Shown here: positions 19,118 to 28,807 of the stretch, one piece after another | Numbering within the stretch: the first letter of the stretch is position 1 | How the letters are laid out: each line of letters begins with the position of its first letter | Position numbers and translations under genes: made by a program | Notes under the pieces: model-generated | What the model was told of the DNA's origin: nothing | The model's database searches: none | The model's input: the letters and a program-made list of their open reading frames with translations, nothing else | IMG/VR virus record: IMGVR_UViG_3300037067_017690 | Coordinates: 32,001-96,000 of that record | Source of the DNA: a virus | Taxonomy: Duplodnaviria > Caudoviricetes | DNA length: 64,000 nucleotides | Reading direction: 5' to 3' (one strand)

Positions 19118-21679
19118 ATGATAAATACATATATACCCTTACACGTTCATTCAATGACTTCCTTTCTCGATGGATTTATTGATATTGAGAAATATGTCGC
19201 ATTTTGTAAAGAACAACAATTTCCTGGTTGTGCAATTACAGATCATGGGAGTATGAGTTCAGTTATTGAATTCTATCAGCAATGTGAAAAACATAAAATC
19301 AATCCAATTATTGGTTGTGAAATGTACATTACACAAAAAGATGATAGAGATGAACCGATCCGAGATAATTTTCACATAAATATATTTGCTAAAAATGAAC
19401 AGGGATACAAAGAATTATGTACTATATTTACAGAATCTAATATTAATCGATATTATTATAGGCCAAGAACTCATATTTCTGTTTTAAAAAAATATGCAAA
19501 AAATTTAATTTGTTCATCAGCTTGCATGTCCGGAGAAATTCAACAATGTTTATTGAAACATCCAAATGAAAAAGGATTAGCTATAGCAAAACTTAGAGAA
19601 TATATGGATGTATTTGGAGATGATTTTTATATTGAACTCGTACTTGCAGATTTAAATGCTCAAAGAGATGCAAATAAATTATTGATGGGATTGATAAAAG
19701 ATTATAATCTAAAATTTATTATTACTACAGATGCTCACTATCTTAGACCTGAAGATGAAATTTGTCAAGATGTTTTATTAAAAATTCAACGTGAAGGTTT
19801 TACATTTTCTTCGAAAACTCATTGGGTAGCAACTTTTGATGAACTTAAAAAATTAGTAAAAGAACAACATCCATATATTAATGATGAATTTTTCAATAAG
19901 GCTATAGAATATACTCACGAGATCAATAAAAAAGTACATATTGATTTTTCTGAATGGATAGGTAAAATTAATATGCCAGATTTCAAAAATGAATTAAATA
20001 TGGATAATTTGAAATTCTTTGAAAAATTGACAGCAGAAGGCTTCGATAAATTTCTTGATAAATACGAAAAGTATGTTGGTCCAATGTCTGAAGAATTGGA
20101 AGAACGATACAGAAAACGAGTTAAATATGAATATGAAGTATTAGCAAAATCAGGAAGTTTTTTATATATTTTACTTGTAAGAGATATAATTCAAAAAGCC
20201 CATAAATTAAAGACGATAATTAAACCCAACCAATTGAAGGTTGGTGATTATTTTTACAAGAATGAAATTAAATATGCAGTTATTTCAATTGATTCAGAAT
20301 TTATAGTGTTGAATTTTTTTAATAATCAAATAGAAAAAATTACATTGGATATTAATGAGAAAATTGAATTGAGTAAAGAAATTATGACAGGGATGGGTCG
20401 AGGATCAGCCGCTGGTTCTCTGATTTGTTATTTATTAGATATTACTCAAATAGATCCAATTCGCAGAGATTTACTTTTTGAACGTTTCGTAAACCCAACT
20501 AGATTGTTCGGAGGATTTCAACCAGAATTATCTTGTTTATCTTATGCAATGTATAAATTATATCATTATAAAGAAGAACATGATAAATGGAATTTAGAAA
20601 ATATCTTAAAAAAACATAATATCGAAATTGATGATAGATTAAGAATTGAAATTGATTTTTTTCAAAAATATAATGCTGAACCATATATTTGTTATGTAGC
20701 TTCAAAAGAAGAATATCGTGAAACAAAAAATATCTTTAATTCTTGGTTATTATATCATTTAGGGATTACAGATGAAGAACCTAAAGAAGATTTTAAAGCA
20801 AAATATTCTCCTCCAACTTTTCCTGATATAGATGTAGATTTTTCAGATAAAGGAAGAGCAGTTGATATGATGGTTGAAAATTATGTGTCAAATAATAATG
20901 ATCATATCACTAAAAGAAGAGCATATCCGGTTGCGGCTTTCGGACAGTTAAAATGCAAAGGAGCAATTAAAGATGTAGCAAAAGCTATTGAATCCATTAT
21001 TATAGATTATTCGAAAACATGGGAAGAACATGAAAAAAATAATAAGAAAAAATATACAGATGAAACTGAAGATGGATTAAATGTGGCTCGTGATAAATGG
21101 GAGAAAGCAAAAGAAAATTATATCAAAGAAGGAATTTTTGATCCTAAAATGTTAAAATATTTATCATTTGAAAATGTCAATAAAGCGACTAGAGAAATGC
21201 CGGCTAATGTTACTTTCGATGATTTAAAAGCTGATAAAAATTTAAAATTATATAAAGAAATCCCTAAAGTGATGGAAATTGCTGAACGATTGGAATATAC
21301 TAAAAAATATTTAGGAACTCATGCTTCAGCAGTGTGTATCATTCCTGAATATATGGTTGATTGTGTTCCGATAGCTAGAACTGGAGATGATTTTATTATA
21401 GCTATGAATGATGTTCAAGCATGTGGTGGAGATTATTCTAACAATTTAGGATTGGTTAAAAATGATATTCTCGGATTAACTTCATTATTATTTTTACAAG
21501 AAGCTCAAGAGATGGCAGCAACTCATTTTGAAGTTATAGCAGAAAGTGGAAAGCGATATTGTTTTGATTATAATGCAAAATTCGAATTAATAGATGGGAC
21601 AATCAAACATATAATAGAATTACAAGAAGGAGATGATATAGTTGGCATCATTTCTGATGATGCCAACTATATCAAATAA
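19118..21679 (+). CDS. dnaE: DNA polymerase III alpha subunit, N-terminal fragment (PHP + palm)
   Basis: PLHVHS..SFLDG, AITDHG, TTDAHY, GRGSAAGSL, PDIDVDF, THAS.V, VKNDILGL; lacks fingers/HhH/OB C-terminal part. Confidence 0.92.
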   Translation: MINTYIPLHVHSMTSFLDGFIDIEKYVAFCKEQQFPGCAITDHGSMSSVIEFYQQCEKHKINPIIGCEMYITQKDDRDEPIRDNFHINIFAKNEQGYKELCTIFTESNINRYYYRPRTHISVLKKYAKNLICSSACMSGEIQQCLLKHPNEKGLAIAKLREYMDVFGDDFYIELVLADLNAQRDANKLLMGLIKDYNLKFIITTDAHYLRPEDEICQDVLLKIQREGFTFSSKTHWVATFDELKKLVKEQHPYINDEFFNKAIEYTHEINKKVHIDFSEWIGKINMPDFKNELNMDNLKFFEKLTAEGFDKFLDKYEKYVGPMSEELEERYRKRVKYEYEVLAKSGSFLYILLVRDIIQKAHKLKTIIKPNQLKVGDYFYKNEIKYAVISIDSEFIVLNFFNNQIEKITLDINEKIELSKEIMTGMGRGSAAGSLICYLLDITQIDPIRRDLLFERFVNPTRLFGGFQPELSCLSYAMYKLYHYKEEHDKWNLENILKKHNIEIDDRLRIEIDFFQKYNAEPYICYVASKEEYRETKNIFNSWLLYHLGITDEEPKEDFKAKYSPPTFPDIDVDFSDKGRAVDMMVENYVSNNNDHITKRRAYPVAAFGQLKCKGAIKDVAKAIESIIIDYSKTWEEHEKNNKKKYTDETEDGLNVARDKWEKAKENYIKEGIFDPKMLKYLSFENVNKATREMPANVTFDDLKADKNLKLYKEIPKVMEIAERLEYTKKYLGTHASAVCIIPEYMVDCVPIARTGDDFIIAMNDVQACGGDYSNNLGLVKNDILGLTSLLFLQEAQEMAATHFEVIAESGKRYCFDYNAKFELIDGTIKHIIELQEGDDIVGIISDDANYIK

Positions 21680-21824
21680 GAAGGAAATGACTATGAAGAA
21701 GTATTTAAATTCATTTACAGATTTAAGTAAAAAATTTTATGAAGAAAAGGGGATTCCAGAACCCAAAATATTCTTTAATTATAAGAAAAAAATTTTATGA
21801 AGAAATTTTCAGGAGAAAAACTTA

Positions 21825-22025
21825 ATGATCACAAATAATTTAATACAAGAATTGATTGAAACTTGTAAAGTTGTAGATGAACAATATAAACAACAATGTG
21901 AAAAATGGGATGCTGATATGGGAAGTTCATCTTATAAGGATGGAATCAATATAGAATATTGTATTGAAGCTGCTGATTGGCATAGAATATCATTAGCACT
22001 AAGAAAATTGCAAGGAGTGAAATAA
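21825..22025 (+). CDS. Hypothetical protein
   Basis: ORF with AGGAG RBS. Confidence 0.6.
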   Translation: MITNNLIQELIETCKVVDEQYKQQCEKWDADMGSSSYKDGINIEYCIEAADWHRISLALRKLQGVK

Positions 22026-22373
22026 ATGTTTTTACTTGAAAAAAAGTTTAATGTTGAAGAAGAAAAAGGATTTTTCTTTGTTGATGCTTTTGATGTCGAA
22101 AACAAACTTGTATATCGATTTAATTATGAAGCTGATGGATTAACAAATCTCATAGAAATTGAAATTGAACCATTAACACCATCAGGATTAAGCATTGGAG
22201 ATTTTATGGTTGTTGATGGTTCTGTGGATAATGTAAGAGAAGAAGTGTTTAAAATAGCTCCAAAAGAATTAAAACGATTATACAAAGAACAAGAAGAAAA
22301 AATAAAAGAATTAGAAGAAAAAGATATAAAAACTCAACAAGAAGCGGAAAAACAAGATTTATTACTGATATAA
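22026..22373 (+). CDS. Hypothetical protein
   Basis: Coupled ORF (TAAATG) with GGAG RBS. Confidence 0.6.
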   Translation: MFLLEKKFNVEEEKGFFFVDAFDVENKLVYRFNYEADGLTNLIEIEIEPLTPSGLSIGDFMVVDGSVDNVREEVFKIAPKELKRLYKEQEEKIKELEEKDIKTQQEAEKQDLLLI

Positions 22374-22413
22374 TGTATTTAATATTTTATAGGTTTTTAT
22401 AAAATTTACGGAC

Positions 22414-22602
22414 ATGAGTAAAAGTAAATGCAAATGGGGAAATGCAATGTGTTCAACTTCCTGTATAGGATTAATGTTGGTTCAAAGACCTAATGGATCA
22501 CAATTATTGTGTGACAGACCTATTGATAAACCTATTGTGCTTTCCGAATCTCAGGAGCATATTACTATTTTATATAAAAAATGGATAGAGGAACAACGGT
22601 GA
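22414..22602 (+). CDS. Small Cys-rich hypothetical protein
   Basis: ORF track; 62 aa. Confidence 0.4.
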   Translation: MSKSKCKWGNAMCSTSCIGLMLVQRPNGSQLLCDRPIDKPIVLSESQEHITILYKKWIEEQR

Positions 22603-22973
22603 ATCAATTTCTTAATTATGTTAAAATGTGCACAATTGATACAGATATTCAACCATTGTGGAAACCATCTATCGGTCATAAATTCATCCAAAAAACTGAT
22701 GAATCTGAAATTCCGATTATTTTCACAGTGGTAAATTTGATAACTATTAAAGATGCAAAGAAAAATTTAATTTGGTTGCCATATCAAGAAGACATTCAAA
22801 ATATGCTTGCTGTTGAAAATTTTAATATGTTATTAGAAGAAATCTTGAATTTTCTTTATAAAGGTCCAGGAGAGACTAGTCTGCAAATGACTGGAAATGA
22901 AGTACTTTTTGCATTCGCAAAATTCAAATTATTTCATAAAAAGTGGTGTCAGGGAAATTGGATTTCATTTTAA
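22581..22973 (+). CDS. Hypothetical protein
   Basis: ORF; WKPSIG...IWLPYQED motif. Confidence 0.55.
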   Translation: MDRGTTVNQFLNYVKMCTIDTDIQPLWKPSIGHKFIQKTDESEIPIIFTVVNLITIKDAKKNLIWLPYQEDIQNMLAVENFNMLLEEILNFLYKGPGETSLQMTGNEVLFAFAKFKLFHKKWCQGNWISF

Positions 22974-23009
22974 ACATCATGTTATTTACGAGGAACAAAA
23001 AGTATTCAA

Positions 23010-23855
23010 TCATAAATGAAATTTGTTATCTTGAATTTCTAGATCCTTCTTTTCGGTTTCAGAAAAGAAATCTAAAATCTTATCAAATGTTAAATCACAC
23101 AATTCGTCTACCCAATCATAAATGAAATAGAGCTTACGACTTTCTCGAATAACACCGAAAAGAATTGGATCTTTTTCTTGTTTTGTTTTATCACGATTTC
23201 TATTTTCTGGATCAAAATGTAATATGACATAATTATCAAATATTTTAAGAGCGTCCAATTTCTCCTTGACTGCTATAGCTTCTTCTGGGATCACTCGAGT
23301 AAAGTTTTTGATCCAATCAAGCCTAAGCCCTTTTTCACATTTTTCACAAATTGTGGCGAGTTGTTCTTCAGTTATGAATTTCTTAAAATCAATGGCAAAT
23401 AATTGACTTTCAAATTTGTTTACAAATTCATTATCCTTTAATTTTTCAACGAGAGCAATTTGTCCAAGTTTTTGAGCATTCTCAATTAATTTTTTGTAAG
23501 TGTTTATTCTTGTTTCATAGATTGCGATTTCTTCTTTGCTTTTCAAAACCAATTCAAATGCTTTAGAAACTGGCAACGCTGTAATTTGTGTTTTTTTGTG
23601 AGAAATCCAATTGAACATTTTTTTAATAAGAGAATTTTTTCGAGATTTATCAATATCTCCTATAGAAACACTGTTATTGTTATTATCGCTCATAACAAAA
23701 TTATTGACACTCCACATTGAGTTTGTGACTGCGGAAGATCCAGTTGCTACGTATGATCCAATATTTCCAGAAGTGTCCATTTCTTTTTTATGTTTTGGAA
23801 GATTGTAATCTACGACAAAATTGTTAAAAATATCCAATGTTTTTTTATCAGCCAT
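23010..23855 (-). CDS. Hypothetical phage protein
   Basis: 281 aa; KDPILFGVI..SRKLYFI.DW.DE.CDLT; AGGAG RBS. Confidence 0.7.
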   Translation of the reverse strand: MADKKTLDIFNNFVVDYNLPKHKKEMDTSGNIGSYVATGSSAVTNSMWSVNNFVMSDNNNNSVSIGDIDKSRKNSLIKKMFNWISHKKTQITALPVSKAFELVLKSKEEIAIYETRINTYKKLIENAQKLGQIALVEKLKDNEFVNKFESQLFAIDFKKFITEEQLATICEKCEKGLRLDWIKNFTRVIPEEAIAVKEKLDALKIFDNYVILHFDPENRNRDKTKQEKDPILFGVIRESRKLYFIYDWVDELCDLTFDKILDFFSETEKKDLEIQDNKFHL

Positions 23856-23879
23856 GGTTTTTCTCCTTTTTTACTATAG

Positions 23880-23897
23880 ATACCGCATTTACGGTAT
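23880..23897. promoter_or_regulatory. Back-to-back CGGTAT promoter-like motifs (ataccg-cattta-cggtat)
   Basis: Inverted pair lying between divergent RBS-led ORFs (23855 minus, 23923 plus). Confidence 0.55.
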
Positions 23898-24042
23898 TCC
23901 TTGTAAAAGGAGAAGAAATTTCATGGTCCGAGGAACTATACTATTGATCAAATCACATACTATGGAAATTTTGGAGAAATTATCAATAAGCACCATTACG
24001 AGATGTATTTTCCGAAAGATCGTGAATTTGTTGTAACTTTAT

Positions 24043-24189
24043 AGGAAGTTTGGTTGAGGAGTGGTTCTCCTAATAAACTCAAGGTTCTCGCCCTAGAAAT
24101 AGGAGAGCAAATTTGCCGAGCTGTCATAGCCACTGGGCGTTTAATGATGATGGTTTTATTGCATAAAAACCAATGCCAGCCTACTTCCT
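24043..24189 (+). ncRNA. Candidate structured non-coding RNA (unassigned family)
   Basis: GC-richer intergenic island; ends pair (AGGAAGT/ACTTCCT, GGTTG/CAGCC); internal hairpins including CCTA-GAAA-TAGG and TGGTTTT/AAAACCA. Confidence 0.55.
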
Positions 24190-24190
24190 T

Positions 24191-25200
24191 ATTTTAGATT
24201 AAAATTTCATCATGAAATTAGTTTAAAATAACTATTTCATAAAAAGCTATATAAAATTATATTACTTTTATATGAAAACAGTCTAAAGAACTCTTTTCGA
24301 ATTAGAGAGAACCTATATTTCAATTTAGATTCTTTTGACAAGTTGAATAATTCTTTCCAACTCAAAGAATTCCAATCTAAGTCTTGCTTCCATAGCTTCT
24401 TTAGATTCTCAATATTCTTCTTCACTGGATAAAACCATCCTTTGTCATACTTCTTATAGCCTCTTCGGGCTATCTCAATCGATGATGCTACTTGGTCTGG
24501 TGTGTGATCATCTCCATAGTTCACATTGCCTACAAAACTTGAATATGCTGCATTCACCTCAATTAGTTCAATACCATTCAATCCACATCTTTTTCTCAAA
24601 TTATTTACAATTCTTCCTCTATCCCATCTTCCATTTACTAATCTATAATTAAATCCAAATCTTGTCAATCTGTCTTTATAAGTAATGTAGACAGTTTGAA
24701 TTTCTCGATTGATTATTTTTTCTAAAAGATCATTGAATTGAATTCTATTTTCATTCATGCCGGAAGCAATATCTTGATAAATCCCATCTACTTTAATTCC
24801 ATTTTTGATCATGAATTCTTTAAGAATGATTATTTGACGATCTAAATCTGATTTTTGTTTAGTATTACTTACTCTAGCATAGAGGACATTGATTTTTTTA
24901 ATTTTAGAAGATGAGAGTAGACCTGAGACGTCGTATAGAATTTTATGAGAGGTGATTTGAATCCATTTGATTTTATTAGATTTTTTCTAATTCCAAAGAG
25001 TTTGAGAAGTGATTCCAAATAATTTTCTTACTTCTTTAGCTGTTTTAAATTCTTCCATGATATCAAATTATAAATCATGTTTAGAAATATTCAATAAAAT
25101 TTAAAAGAGGTATAATTTAATAAATGATTAGATGATAAATAATATAACTTTATAAGATTTTATAAAGAATTTTAACAAATGAGTCAATTAAAATTTAATA
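24191..25200 (-). mobile_element. Defective IS607-family element (tnpA nonsense + internal deletion fusing tnpA to tnpB 3' end); ends approximate
   Basis: ATG 25058 MEEFKTAKEVRKLFGITSQTLWN*KK...YARVS...DLDRQ...DIASG...KDRLTRFGFNY continues in frame into TnpB-type NNL.KRC...VNAAYSSFVGN...ASSIEIARRG, stop at 24237. Confidence 0.8.
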
Positions 25201-25208
25201 AATCCCTT

Positions 25209-25865
25209 TTATGGCAAGAGGGATTTTTCTATTTTCTTTTTTTGCCATTGTTTGATTTTTCTTGGTAATAATCTTAATTTATTTTGAATAAACATTTTTT
25301 CTATTTTATTCAATTTTTCAATAAATAAAATTCCATCCATATGATCAATTTCGTGCAATACTGCTCTGCAAGCCATACCCTCAAGAATAAAATCTTTTTC
25401 AGTTCCATCAATTGTAAGTGATCTAATTTTAGCGGATTTAGGACGAATCACTTGAGCAAATATTCCAGGAAAACTCAAACATCCTTCTTTAAGTTTGATT
25501 TCACCTTCAGTTTCAACAATGACAGGATTCACTAAAGAGAATGCATTATCTTTTTCATCTCTTAAAACGCATAATCTTTTAGGAATTCCTACTTGAATAG
25601 CTGATAAACCGAGTCCACCTAATGCACCCATATATTGGATCATGTCTTTAGCCAATTGAACTATTTCATCTGTGATTTTTTCAATTGGTTCACTTTTTTG
25701 TCTTAAAATGGAATTAGGATAAAATAGTAATTCAAGATTTGGTAGTGAAATTTCATTTTTAGAAGGTTCGTTAGATTGTAGAATTTTAGCTACATCCTGT
25801 GTGGGAACTGTTATAGTTGTTGAAGTATCATCAACGATAATAATAGGTTTATTTTCTTCTGTCAT
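25209..25865 (-). CDS. def: Peptide deformylase
   Basis: GLGLSAIQVG, EGCLS and HEIDHMDG motifs. Confidence 0.95.
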   Translation of the reverse strand: MTEENKPIIIVDDTSTTITVPTQDVAKILQSNEPSKNEISLPNLELLFYPNSILRQKSEPIEKITDEIVQLAKDMIQYMGALGGLGLSAIQVGIPKRLCVLRDEKDNAFSLVNPVIVETEGEIKLKEGCLSFPGIFAQVIRPKSAKIRSLTIDGTEKDFILEGMACRAVLHEIDHMDGILFIEKLNKIEKMFIQNKLRLLPRKIKQWQKKKIEKSLLP

Positions 25866-25949
25866 AAATTTCCTTTCTTTTAGGAATTATACCTGATTTC
25901 TCTTTACTATTCAATTCTCTATCCTTCATATAAAGAAAAGGAGAAATTA

Positions 25950-26248
25950 ATGAAAGATGGTTTTTTCTTACAGATAATCAAAAAATTCCAATAAGAATTT
26001 AGATATTAAAAAAGAAGAATTGTTATAAAGGGCTGACTTTTACAGCAAGATTAAGTGAAATAGAAATAGTTGAAGAAGAAATTATGAATGATTTTGAAAA
26101 AGATGAAGTAATAGAGAAATTTTTGTCTGAAAATCATCAATTACCTGTTCAATATTCAGCTAAAAAACAATTTAATTATGCTATTGAATTAGCTAATCAT
26201 TTTGGATTATATGATGCGGCAGACATTATCAGAAAGAAAACTTTTTGA
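25950..26248 (+). pseudogene. Degraded small gene(s); intact tail ORF 26084..26248 (…ANHFGLYDAADII…)
   Basis: RBS+ATG at 25950, then protein-like fragments in alternating frames. Confidence 0.35.
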
Positions 26249-26355
26249 GTTTTACTGAAGAAATTATGTTAGAAGAGGTATATATGATCCAAATGTGCAA
26301 GAAATTTTAGAAATAAATCACGAAATATTTTGTCATCAAGAAGAAGGATAAGAAC

Positions 26356-26703
26356 GTGCAGAACATTTTACAAGAAATTATATGTGAAACATATGAAAAA
26401 GAATTTCGAAGAAATCCTGAAAAAGTTGCGATGTTAATTCCATTTATACTAAAAAACAAAAAACGTATAGAACTTTTATTGATATGGGAAGGATATGTAG
26501 GAATTTTTGTAAATAATAATGGAAAATGGACTTGTTTAAGTTGTCATGATTCTTGTTGGAGAGAAGATGGCGTAAATCGTTTCTTGTCAGAATATATTGA
26601 TCAATTGTTGCATATAGATTTTACTTGTGGTTGGTATGGAAAGATCAAAATTTCAGAAATTGATGAAACATTAAGAAAAATAGAACGTGAACGCAATTCA
26701 TAA
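26356..26703 (+). CDS. Hypothetical protein
   Basis: ORF with AAGGA RBS and GTG start. Confidence 0.55.
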   Translation: MQNILQEIICETYEKEFRRNPEKVAMLIPFILKNKKRIELLLIWEGYVGIFVNNNGKWTCLSCHDSCWREDGVNRFLSEYIDQLLHIDFTCGWYGKIKISEIDETLRKIERERNS

Positions 26704-26713
26704 AGGAATAAAA

Positions 26714-27526
26714 ATGACTAAAGATTTATTTGGTGATAGAATGAAAATGTATGAAACTTTAGACCCTAAAACTAAATTTATGCCTTTATTGCCAATTTGT
26801 GTACGATTGGATGGTAAAACTTTTCATTCATGGACAAAAGGATTAAAAACTCCTTATGATGATGATTTCAGAAATTGCATGGTTGAAACAACAAAATTCT
26901 TGGTAGATGAAACTGCTGCCGTAATGGGTTATACACAATCAGATGAAATAAGTTTGATTCTTTATTCTGATAGTTGCGAAAAACAAGTATATTTTGAAGG
27001 AAAAGTTAAGAAAATAATCAGTGTAATTTCAAGTCTTTGCACGGCTAAATTTAATGAAATTTCTAAAAAAGTATTTCCGAATAAGCCTTTAGCATTTTTT
27101 GATTGTAGAGCTTGGCAAGTTCCGAATCTTATTGAGACTGTCAATGTATTATTGTGGAGAGAATTAGATGCTACAAAAAATAGTGTAACTATGGCGGCAT
27201 CTTGTTATTATTCACACAAGGAATTAATGAACCAAGGGAATGCGGATAAACTAGAAATGTTGCATAAAAAAGGTGTGAATTGGAATGATTATCCTACGTA
27301 TTTTAAAAGAGGTGCATACGTAGCCAGAAGAAAAATTCTTAGGGAATTATCTGAAGAAGAAAGGATGAAAATTCCTGAACAACATAGACCAGCTAAAGAT
27401 TTAAAGGTTTCAAGAACTACTGTTATGGTATTAGAACTTCCTCCTTTACTAAAAATTAAAAACAGAGTAGAAGTAATTTTCAATGGGGGTCCAATTATTT
27501 TGGAAAGTGAATCACAAATGATTTGA
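26714..27526 (+). CDS. tRNA(His) guanylyltransferase Thg1-like protein
   Basis: GDRMKMYE, VRLDGKTFH, YTQSDEISL, FDCR, WRELDA.KNS and KGVNWND motifs. Confidence 0.92.
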   Translation: MTKDLFGDRMKMYETLDPKTKFMPLLPICVRLDGKTFHSWTKGLKTPYDDDFRNCMVETTKFLVDETAAVMGYTQSDEISLILYSDSCEKQVYFEGKVKKIISVISSLCTAKFNEISKKVFPNKPLAFFDCRAWQVPNLIETVNVLLWRELDATKNSVTMAASCYYSHKELMNQGNADKLEMLHKKGVNWNDYPTYFKRGAYVARRKILRELSEEERMKIPEQHRPAKDLKVSRTTVMVLELPPLLKIKNRVEVIFNGGPIILESESQMI

Positions 27527-27553
27527 AATTTTTATAAAAAGATATAAAAATCC

Positions 27554-28807
27554 TCATATACAAATCAATTTCGAATTTTGATTCATATACATTTCAAGAA
27601 AATTGGTCAGAATTTCTGACCAATTTTCTACTTGGGTAAACCATTTACCCATAATTCTTTTAGCAATATTTATTGCTGAATTTAAATCTCTGTCAATTTC
27701 TATAAATTTATTCAATCTTACTCTTCTTATACTCAAATCAGAATTAAATTCTCTCTTTCCTGTTAAACAATTCTCTTGTGAAGTGTAAGCTTCATTTACT
27801 TTATAAAAATCTAATCCTAGATTCTTAGCTTTATATTCTAAAAATCCTTTAAATCTACTCAATGTTCCTCTGTTCTGAGTTGATTTATTCTTACCTCTCT
27901 CTTGTGGGCTCCTTCCTCTTGTTACTAATTTCTTTGTTTTAATATCACCAACTATTAAACATCCAATATTATTTCCCGTACAAATATCAATTATTTCTCT
28001 AGATGCTTTGTGTTGAAAATCCTTGTTCTTATTAGTTATTTTTCTTGAAATCTTATTAAATCTATTCTTTATCTTCTTCCAATTATTACTAAATTTCTTT
28101 TTGATGTCTATTTTCGATTGAAGAAGACCTTTTCTTTTTTCTAATTTTTTAAATTGATTATTTTTGATTGAGAAACATTTACCAACATTTGAGAAACATT
28201 TACCAACATTTGAGAAACAAGTAGCTATTTGAGAACACCCTAAATCAATTGAAAGAAAATTATCTTTTGATAAGATTAGATTTGATGGTTGTTCAGAATA
28301 CACAAAGATAATAAAATATTTATCATCTTCTTTTTTAAAAGTAATAGTTTTTATAGTGGAATCATTAATCTCATATTTAGAAAATATTTCTGGAAGATCA
28401 ATAATTAATTTATTTTTAATGGAATTTAGATTGAGTTCTAATTGATTATTATTTATTTTGAACCCACCATTTCCTTGATTGAAATCTAACATAAATGAAG
28501 TGAAATATTTCCAACTTTTGAATTTATGAGGAAATTTAGCAGTAGAATTTTTCTTTTTGTTTAGAGCAAAGAATGATTTGATATTATTAATGAGAGTTCT
28601 GCAAGTATTTTGAGCAGATTTAGAATTGATCGTAAGATTGTTTAAATTTCTATAATTTTTATAAAATTGATTTAAATCTTTAGATTGCAATCCTTTACGA
28701 GCTTGTTCTAATAATTGATTATAAAGAATTCTATGTTCATTACTAAGAGTATTTATTTTGATCTCTTGTAAATAATTTGGGAATATTCTAATTTTTAATG
28801 ATTTCAT
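27554..28807 (-). CDS. tnpB: IS607 TnpB RNA-guided nuclease
   Basis: LKIRIFP HTH start (MKSLKIR, 28807), LSIDLG, IVGDI, LEYKA, NEAYTSQ, DRDLNSAINI. Confidence 0.9.
   Translation of the reverse strand: MKSLKIRIFPNYLQEIKINTLSNEHRILYNQLLEQARKGLQSKDLNQFYKNYRNLNNLTINSKSAQNTCRTLINNIKSFFALNKKKNSTAKFPHKFKSWKYFTSFMLDFNQGNGGFKINNNQLELNLNSIKNKLIIDLPEIFSKYEINDSTIKTITFKKEDDKYFIIFVYSEQPSNLILSKDNFLSIDLGCSQIATCFSNVGKCFSNVGKCFSIKNNQFKKLEKRKGLLQSKIDIKKKFSNNWKKIKNRFNKISRKITNKNKDFQHKASREIIDICTGNNIGCLIVGDIKTKKLVTRGRSPQERGKNKSTQNRGTLSRFKGFLEYKAKNLGLDFYKVNEAYTSQENCLTGKREFNSDLSIRRVRLNKFIEIDRDLNSAINIAKRIMGKWFTQVENWSEILTNFLEMYMNQNSKLICI
28168..28219. repeat. 21-bp in-frame tandem duplication in tnpB (CFSNVGK x2)
   Basis: ttgagaaacatttaccaacat x2.5. 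Confidence 0.95.

Noticed and set aside
21680-21730. Read-through continuation of DnaE (EGNDYEEVFKFIYRFK)
   Set aside because: A second stop follows after 16 codons and no G.T.GVFQ motif appears in any frame.
24043-24189. RNase P, SRP, tmRNA or tRNA assignment
   Set aside because: Only faint motif echoes (TAAACTC, GAGCAA); too short for RNase P or tmRNA, no SRP helix-8 motif and no cloverleaf.
24987-24989. TAG stop-codon reassignment
   Set aside because: TAG terminates several normal genes (12545, 30801, 33654, 41363) and long genes lack internal TAGs; this one replaces a conserved Trp codon.
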